DNA from: Acidiferrobacteraceae bacterium
GTDB taxonomy: Bacteria > Pseudomonadota > Gammaproteobacteria > Arenicellales > UBA868
Length of the DNA: 64,000 bases
Direction of reading: 5' to 3'
NCBI GenBank assembly: GCA_002724185.1
Contig: PBOB01000010.1
Coordinates: 22,809 to 86,808 of the forward strand
Part shown: piece after piece, positions 57,958-64,000 of the stretch
How the letters are laid out: each line of letters starts with the position of its first letter
How positions within the stretch are numbered: position 1 is the stretch's first letter
Program-made: the position numbers and the translations under genes
Notes under the pieces: model-generated
Seen by the model: the letters and a program-made list of their open reading frames with translations, nothing else
Told to the model about the DNA's origin: nothing
Database searches by the model: none

Positions 57958-59111
57958 TCAAATACGGATGTCAAAATATTAATGATGCAGATATCGATGC
58001 AGTAACTAGTGTTTTACGATCTGATTACCTGACTACAGGGCCGAAGGTGCCTGAGTTTGAGGCAAGTCTACGAAAAATTATTGGTGTGGAACATGCTATT
58101 GCAGTAAATAGTGGCACAGCGGCGCTACATTTGAGCTGTTTAGGGCTTGATTTGGGCCAGAAAGACAGGCTTTGGACTACCCCAATAAGTTTTGTCGCGT
58201 CCGCAAATTGTGGGAGATATTGTGGTGCCGAAGTAGATTTTTGTGACATAGATCCGGACTCGTGGAATATTGATGCTAATGCTCTCGAGAAAAAATTGGA
58301 GATTGCATCAATCCAAAATATTCTGCCAAAAATTCTTGTGGTGGTTCACTTCTCAGGCGTTCCTTGTGAGATGGATAAGATTAGTGAGCTAGCCACGCAT
58401 TATGGAGTTAGGGTGATCGAAGATGCTAGCCACGCATTGGGTGCAACCTATCAGGGCCAAGCGGTGGGCGATTGCACGTATAGTGATAGTACTGTATTTA
58501 GTTTCCATCCAGTGAAGCTAATCACAACTGCAGAGGGAGGAGCAATTACAACGGCCAAGCGTGATCTATATGATAGTTTAACGTTATTGCGCACACACGG
58601 CATTACTCGAAACAAAGACCAAATGGTTGGTGAGCTTCAAGGACCATGGATTTACGAACAGCTTTCCCTTGGATATAACTATCGTATGAATGACCTGTCA
58701 GCTTCATTAGGATTAAGTCAATTAAATCGGCTAGGGAAATTTATTCAAAGAAGACAGCAGATCGCACAATATTATAGTGAAAAATTTATGGAACTTCCTA
58801 TAAGTATGCAGAGAATTGAGAAAGACATGAAATCTGCACATCATCTTTATGTTGTAAGATTGCAAGGAGAGAAAGTTGAACATGAGCGTAAACGTATATT
58901 TGAGTATATGCGTGAACGAGGAATTGGTGTTAACGTCCACTACATACCTATTCATCTTCAACCGTATTATCGAGATCAAGGCCATCAATATGGCGATTAT
59001 CCACAGTCTGAGGAATTTTATAGAGGTTGCTTATCGTTGCCCATACATCCATCATTGACCGATGCTGAAGTAGAGACCGTAGCTGAAACGTTCGTGAGAG
59101 GGGTCAGGTGA
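57954..59111 (+). CDS. pseC: DegT/DnrJ/EryC1-family sugar aminotransferase (PseC-like)
   Basis: ORF 57933..59111. ATG 57954 overlaps the upstream stop (ATGA). N-terminus IKYGCQNINDADIDAVTSVLRSDYLTTGP, and the PLP-lysine context FSFHPVKLITTAEGG. Confidence 0.85.
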   Translation: MIKYGCQNINDADIDAVTSVLRSDYLTTGPKVPEFEASLRKIIGVEHAIAVNSGTAALHLSCLGLDLGQKDRLWTTPISFVASANCGRYCGAEVDFCDIDPDSWNIDANALEKKLEIASIQNILPKILVVVHFSGVPCEMDKISELATHYGVRVIEDASHALGATYQGQAVGDCTYSDSTVFSFHPVKLITTAEGGAITTAKRDLYDSLTLLRTHGITRNKDQMVGELQGPWIYEQLSLGYNYRMNDLSASLGLSQLNRLGKFIQRRQQIAQYYSEKFMELPISMQRIEKDMKSAHHLYVVRLQGEKVEHERKRIFEYMRERGIGVNVHYIPIHLQPYYRDQGHQYGDYPQSEEFYRGCLSLPIHPSLTDAEVETVAETFVRGVR

Positions 59112-59797
59112 AGGTCGCAGTTATACCGGCGCGTGGTGGAAGCAAGAGAGTAGAAGGAAAGAATATCAGATCACTGGCTGGACGACCGTTAATCACGTGG
59201 GTTATAGCAACCTTAATCGAGTCGGAGCTGTTTAATAGTATAGTTGTTAGTACAGATGATGCAGAGATTGCTCTTATTGCGCAGAGCGCCGGAGCTAGGG
59301 TGCCATTCGTTAGGCCAGCCGAATTGGCTGAAGATCATTCATCTACTGATGAAGTATTGGTCCATGCCCTAGATTGGTTAAAGGCGAACGAGCAATTGCC
59401 CACTTTTTGTTGCTGTGTTTACCCCACTTCTGTTTTGATAACAAAGGAAATGTTGATTGACAGCTTTGATCTAATTGAAACTCGGCATGCTCATTCTGTT
59501 GCAGTAGTAAAAAAATATCAGCATCCAATATTCCGAGCATTATCAAAAGATCATGAGCAGCGTATTAAGTATATTTGGCCAGAAAATAGGGTTGTAAGAA
59601 CCCAGGATTTAGCTGAGACATACTATGATGCAGGCCAATTTTATTGGATCTCTGCTGAATCGTACTTGAAAGACCCGAGATTATTGTCTAATAACTCACT
59701 GGGGTATGTCATTCCGAGTGATAAAACTTGGGATATTGACAACGAAGAAGATTTTGCAATAGTAAATAGGATGTTTCCTAGGAAAGACAAGAGGTAA
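59108..59797 (+). CDS. pseF: Pseudaminic acid cytidylyltransferase-like protein
   Basis: 229 aa with N-terminus VAVIPARGGSKRVEGKNI. Its GTG start overlaps the pseC stop (GTGA). Confidence 0.82.
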   Translation: MKVAVIPARGGSKRVEGKNIRSLAGRPLITWVIATLIESELFNSIVVSTDDAEIALIAQSAGARVPFVRPAELAEDHSSTDEVLVHALDWLKANEQLPTFCCCVYPTSVLITKEMLIDSFDLIETRHAHSVAVVKKYQHPIFRALSKDHEQRIKYIWPENRVVRTQDLAETYYDAGQFYWISAESYLKDPRLLSNNSLGYVIPSDKTWDIDNEEDFAIVNRMFPRKDKR

Positions 59798-59801
59798 ATC
59801 T

Positions 59802-60008
59802 ATGGATAATGCTACTAGAGAAATGTTGGATATGAAGCTGTTGGATGAAATTCAAGAAGTTCGCTCAAAAAATAATATTAATTGGATGGATGTTTTGCGT
59901 CTAGCGTTTAGGCATTCTCCAGACGAGGCACGAGAGTTAGTTGGGAGAATTAACTCGGATGATCAAAGGATTTCTGAACTGTTTGCACAGCTAGCACAGA
60001 AGTCTTAG
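59802..60008 (+). CDS. Hypothetical 68-aa helical protein
   Basis: Tightly packed between pseF and the formyltransferase, with 4-nt and 11-nt gaps. I recognise no motif, and it has no ACP DSL motif. Confidence 0.35.
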   Translation: MDNATREMLDMKLLDEIQEVRSKNNINWMDVLRLAFRHSPDEARELVGRINSDDQRISELFAQLAQKS

Positions 60009-60019
60009 TTTGCACGATT

Positions 60020-60589
60020 ATGAAGGTTCTTCTTCTCGGGCCTTACAATAGGTCGATTATAGACACAGTCAGAAGTTCTGGTGACATTCCTATTGTGATG
60101 GAAAATACGATAATAGATAGACAGCATAAGAAGACTGCTGATTACATCATTTCTTTTGGTTATAGACACATAATTCCGAGAGAAGTAGTAGATCTTTATG
60201 AATATCAGGCAATTAATCTCCATATTTCATACTTGCCATGGAATAAAGGTGCGGATCCCAATCTTTGGAGTTTCCTAGAAAATACCCCTAAGGGTATTTC
60301 TATTCATTACATTGATCACGGGATCGATACAGGGCCGGTACTCACTCAACAAATGATTGACATCGATGATTCTGCGACTCTTCGATCGAGCTATTATTGC
60401 TTGCATGAAGCATTAGAGAATTTGTTTCGAGAGCGGTGGATCGAAATTAGAGACGGTACAATCGACGCAAGTAGACAGACTGAAATAGGCACCTGCCACA
60501 AGTCGACTGACAAGAATGATTATCAGCATTTACTGACTAATGGTTGGGATACGCCTATATCTTTAATAGCTGGACAAGCTCTTCCTTAG
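60020..60589 (+). CDS. Formyltransferase-domain protein (Fmt N-terminal-like)
   Basis: 189 aa. Segment INLHISYLPWNKGADP corresponds to the N-x-H ... SLLP-x-x-RG ... D formyltransferase catalytic region. Confidence 0.68.
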   Translation: MKVLLLGPYNRSIIDTVRSSGDIPIVMENTIIDRQHKKTADYIISFGYRHIIPREVVDLYEYQAINLHISYLPWNKGADPNLWSFLENTPKGISIHYIDHGIDTGPVLTQQMIDIDDSATLRSSYYCLHEALENLFRERWIEIRDGTIDASRQTEIGTCHKSTDKNDYQHLLTNGWDTPISLIAGQALP

Positions 60590-60600
60590 GATAAGTTTTT

Positions 60601-61659
60601 ATGAATGATATAGACGCAATTGTAAGAGATATTTTTTGTGGACCAGATCGCCCTCCTGTAGTCATTGCTGAGCTAAGTGGAAATCATAATCAGTCCTATG
60701 AATCGGCTGTAGATATGGTGAGAGCTGCATCTAAAGCCGGGGTAACAGCGATTAAATTACAGACATATACTGCTGACACTTTGACAATTGATATAGAAGC
60801 GCCACCATTTACTATTGATGATCCAAAATCACTTTGGCATGGACGTTCACTCTATAACTTGTACGAGCAAGCTTATACTCCTTGGGATTGGCATGAAGGA
60901 TTAATGTCTGAAGCAAAAAAGCTAGGCATGCTATGTTTTAGCACTCCATTTGACGAGTCTGCGGTCGAGTTTTTAGAACAATTAGATGTTCCATGCTTCA
61001 AGATCGCGTCGTTTGAAAATAATCATATTCCATTAATTGAAAAAGTCTCACAAACAGGGAAGCCGTTGATGATTTCAACAGGATTATCGAGCTTTTCCGA
61101 TATAGCAGATGCGGTAGAAGTTGCCCGCGCCAACGGGTGCAAAGATCTGGTGTTGATGAAATGCACAAGTGCATACCCCACACAACCTCAAGACGTCAAT
61201 TTAAGTGTAATACCACATATGGCGAAGATGTTTGACTGCCCAGTGGGTATTTCTGATCATACCGTAGGAATAGGTGCAGCGATTGGTGCAGTGGCGCTAG
61301 GCGCTACTGCAATTGAAAAACACATGAAACTAAATGTTAGTGACGATACTGTTGATTCAGAATTCTCTGAAAGTCCAGAGTCATTCTCAGTGTTAGTGAA
61401 GGAAGCTAGATGCGCATGGCAGGCTATCGGTAGTGCTTCATATGAGGCGTCTCTAGCCGAGCAACCTTCAGCAATATTCAAAAGATCTATATATGCAGTC
61501 GAGGATATGGGTGCTGGTACTATTTTGACTGCCAAGAATACTAGAATAATTAGACCAAGTGGGGGTCTTGCGCCTAAGCATTGGCATAAAATCATCGGCC
61601 GAGAAATCACTAAAGAAGTAAAGAGAGGCACGCCTATAACATGGGATGTTTTTGAATAG
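60601..61659 (+). CDS. pseI: Pseudaminic acid synthase
   Basis: 352 aa. Segments VVIAELSGNHNQSYESAVDMVRAASKAGVTAIKLQTYTADTLT, ISTGLSS and LMKCTSAYPT, with a C-terminal SAF domain (KRSIYAVEDMGAGTILT). Confidence 0.87.
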   Translation: MNDIDAIVRDIFCGPDRPPVVIAELSGNHNQSYESAVDMVRAASKAGVTAIKLQTYTADTLTIDIEAPPFTIDDPKSLWHGRSLYNLYEQAYTPWDWHEGLMSEAKKLGMLCFSTPFDESAVEFLEQLDVPCFKIASFENNHIPLIEKVSQTGKPLMISTGLSSFSDIADAVEVARANGCKDLVLMKCTSAYPTQPQDVNLSVIPHMAKMFDCPVGISDHTVGIGAAIGAVALGATAIEKHMKLNVSDDTVDSEFSESPESFSVLVKEARCAWQAIGSASYEASLAEQPSAIFKRSIYAVEDMGAGTILTAKNTRIIRPSGGLAPKHWHKIIGREITKEVKRGTPITWDVFE

Positions 61660-61816
61660 GTGTATGGGTTATGCTTTTAGTTCTAGTGAGTTACAGATAT
61701 ATACCTGCTGATATGGCTTTAGTTATCAGTTAAAACACGCTTAACTTATTTTTTATGAGAAGAATGGTATTGTTGTCGAAATTTAAGATCAGCCTAGGAT
61801 AAGGGAAAGGTACTCT

Positions 61817-62935
61817 ATGGTGGTGTGTTTTCCATTTGTGGGCGATAGTATCGGTGGTAGTCATATATCGTCATTGTTGCTAATAAAGGAGCTTCAGAAA
61901 CGAATGGTGGAAGTAGTTGTTCTGGTTCATCAAGATGGACCATTAGTATCAGAACTGAAAAGGCAGTCTATACCGTTCTCGATCTTAGACTTAGGATTTT
62001 ACGAGGGATCCCGATTGATATCATTGACAAGTTTTATCCGAGTTTTTCAGGTGGTGAGAACGTTACGCCAATTGACCCGCAGTTCAAAGTTCGATTGTGT
62101 GCATACTAATGATATGAGAATGCATGTCACATGGGCCATTGTGGCAGCAGTGTCTAGAGTTTCTCATATTTGGCACCAAAGAACAGTCTTTCCTGATTCG
62201 TCTCTTGCGAGGCTATTGATAAGATTGGCGGAAAGCAGAATAGCCATATCAAATTTTGTTTATGCTTCTTTCCCGGGAAAATTACGGCAAGGTACTTATG
62301 TTATAGCTAATCCAGTTGAGGAATTTGACGGATGTAGCAAAGATATCTCTGAGTATCGTGACGTATTGATGCTACCAAGAGATCATTCAAATTCAGAATA
62401 TGTTATTGGAAGCTTTGGCTCTCTGACCGAAGTTAAGCAGCCTTTAGTTTTAGTCAAAGCGATCTCGACTTTACAGAAAATGGTAGATGCTAGCGTAGTC
62501 CTAGCGATTTTTGGCATAGATAAGGGTGACTTTACTGCCAAGATGAATCAAGAAGCAGAGAGACAGGGGTGGTCTGACAAGTTGGTTTTCTTAGGATTGA
62601 AAAGACCTGTGGAGCCTTGGATGGCGGCTTGCGATGTGATTATCGCTACCTCAATTGCAGATGGGCTGGGCCGTTCTTTGATGGAAGCAATGATGGTCGG
62701 GACTCCAGTCATTGCAGTCAACTCTGGCGGCCATAAAGAAGTCATTACACATGATAAAAATGGTTTGCTTGTTCCGAGTACGCCGGATGATATTGCAACC
62801 GCAATTGCCTTAGTTCTTAATAATCATGATAAAAGAAATGAGTTGATTAGATCAGGGCGTGAGACGGCGCATACAAAGTTTGGACTAAGCCGACATACCG
62901 ATAGAATTTTAAACATATATAAAGGTCATAAGTGA
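61817..62935 (+). CDS. Glycosyltransferase family 4 (GT-B)
   Basis: 372 aa. N-terminus GDSIGGSHIS. C-terminal segment ADGLGRSLMEAMMVGTPVIAVNSGGHKEVI. Confidence 0.8.
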   Translation: MVVCFPFVGDSIGGSHISSLLLIKELQKRMVEVVVLVHQDGPLVSELKRQSIPFSILDLGFYEGSRLISLTSFIRVFQVVRTLRQLTRSSKFDCVHTNDMRMHVTWAIVAAVSRVSHIWHQRTVFPDSSLARLLIRLAESRIAISNFVYASFPGKLRQGTYVIANPVEEFDGCSKDISEYRDVLMLPRDHSNSEYVIGSFGSLTEVKQPLVLVKAISTLQKMVDASVVLAIFGIDKGDFTAKMNQEAERQGWSDKLVFLGLKRPVEPWMAACDVIIATSIADGLGRSLMEAMMVGTPVIAVNSGGHKEVITHDKNGLLVPSTPDDIATAIALVLNNHDKRNELIRSGRETAHTKFGLSRHTDRILNIYKGHK

Positions 62936-64000
62936 CTCAAGCTGAGCTAGCACCATTTGCGCAGATGATGGTTGCTATAGAACCATACGATTGGCGTTTT
63001 GCTATTAACGGATTGATTGTTTGGGCAATTGGGACATTAATTTTTTCGCGTGTCATGAGGCTAGAGTTGGCAGCTATCGTTATGTTTATCAAAGTAATGA
63101 TATGGGGCATCTATTTCACTTTCTATTTTGATCCGTTCTTTAAGATAGGGGGTGATGACCATGCCTACTGGGAACACGCTGTCGATATGTGGAACTTTGG
63201 ATTAGATCCAATCAGGATATGGGCGCTGGCTCACATGAGCTATCTAATCAATGCTGACCCAGGTAGGGTAGTTTTCTATTACTATACTTATGTAGGGCTC
63301 TATCTGTTTGGTCCATCCTACCAGTCCCCGATCTTGATGAATATTTTAGTCAGCACAATGACGACCTATTTCTGCGGAAGAGTAATGTTCGATCTAACAA
63401 AGAATCGCGCATGTATGGAACTATTTTCGGTATATCTTTCTTTGCATTGGATGATTATTGCATGGTCCTCTTTTCTATTACTTAAAGAACCATTGATAGT
63501 TGCTCTGACAGCGGGTGTGCTATATGGAATATCATGGAATACTCGCAGGCAGATTTTAGGTCGTTCTTGTATTGCTATCCTTTGTTTATTTGCTCTACTC
63601 TACACTCGCTTTTATCTACCTGAGGTATTGATTGGTGGTGTAGCTGCCGGAGTATTTTTTAGCGTTCGTAGCGCACGTTTCTCATCAAAAAGACGTTTAG
63701 CATCAAACGTTGAAAGAAGTGAGATAGTAGCTAGTGTAGAAAGGTTGCTTATAGTGCTAAGATCAAGATGGGTAATTATAGGTATACTTTCTTCTATTGC
63801 ACTTTATTTTGGGCACAATGAGTTGAAATACTTTGTGAGTCTAATGGATTTACGAGGTGCGCCTTATGAGGTGATTCATTTTCTTCTGCAGCCCTTACCA
63901 TGGAAAATAACCGCTCCTGTCAGTTTCTTATTGATACCTTCCATTCTCCATTGGTTAGCAATTCCGTTGACGTGTATCGGGGCTTTAGCGCTATGGTTTC
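62932..64000 (+). CDS. Polytopic membrane protein, 3'-partial (possible glycan polymerase, ligase or flippase)
   Basis: It is not in the ORF track because it runs off the window. By hand the frame is open from GTG 62932 (or ATG 62965) to nt 64000, with many hydrophobic segments (LIVWAIGTLIFS, IWGIYFTFYF, SWMIIAWSSFLLL). The functional class is inferred only from the glycan-cluster context. Confidence 0.45.
   Translation, partial: MTQAELAPFAQMMVAIEPYDWRFAINGLIVWAIGTLIFSRVMRLELAAIVMFIKVMIWGIYFTFYFDPFFKIGGDDHAYWEHAVDMWNFGLDPIRIWALAHMSYLINADPGRVVFYYYTYVGLYLFGPSYQSPILMNILVSTMTTYFCGRVMFDLTKNRACMELFSVYLSLHWMIIAWSSFLLLKEPLIVALTAGVLYGISWNTRRQILGRSCIAILCLFALLYTRFYLPEVLIGGVAAGVFFSVRSARFSSKRRLASNVERSEIVASVERLLIVLRSRWVIIGILSSIALYFGHNELKYFVSLMDLRGAPYEVIHFLLQPLPWKITAPVSFLLIPSILHWLAIPLTCIGALALWF

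Overview
This 64-kb window looks like part of a moderately AT-rich gammaproteobacterial chromosome, judged from gene order shared with E. coli and Pseudomonas core loci. I saw no rRNA, tRNA, CRISPR array, transposase or integrase by eye.

Positions 1-39.6 kb are densely packed housekeeping genes:
- an OsmC-family gene, a cfa-like methyltransferase, leuS-holA-proA-nadD-rsfS-rlmH, a C-N hydrolase and an aminotransferase;
- on the minus strand, kdsD-lptC-lptA-lptB followed directly by ptsN, an HPr/NPr gene and a PTS enzyme I gene, with no rpoN, hpf or rapZ;
- on the plus strand, mlaFEDCB-ibaG-grxD-murA fused to a his array (hisD-C-B-H-A-F-I, with no hisG or hisE) and tatABC;
- a carbamoyltransferase/SxtJ/DUF5989 triad, tldD-pmbA, a methyltransferase, and yggT-proC-yggS.

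At about 39.8 kb there is a decayed N-terminal fragment of pilT carrying a 19-bp tandem duplication. From 40.06 kb to the window end lies a surface-glycan island of at least 24 kb. It contains:
- three NeuB-family synthases, one of them a NeuB-SAF-cupin fusion;
- two CMP-sugar cytidylyltransferases and a partial pseudaminic-acid module (pseC, pseF, pseI, a methylase and a formyltransferase);
- a paralogous HisH/HisF pair with a PP-loop amidotransferase (acetamidino-sugar type);
- an AsnB-type amidotransferase, a sulfotransferase, an SGNH-like membrane protein and two GT4 glycosyltransferases;
- two large orphan proteins and a partial polytopic membrane protein.

The best candidates for undescribed biology are:
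- the oxidoreductase / NeuB-SAF-cupin / HAD phosphatase / cytidylyltransferase module, with a divergent SAF-less NeuB;
- the LptA-tandem-SH3b fusion;
- the conserved but uncharacterised carbamoyltransferase-SxtJ-DUF5989 triad.

All calls come from reading the translated ORFs, motifs and synteny. No database search was run.
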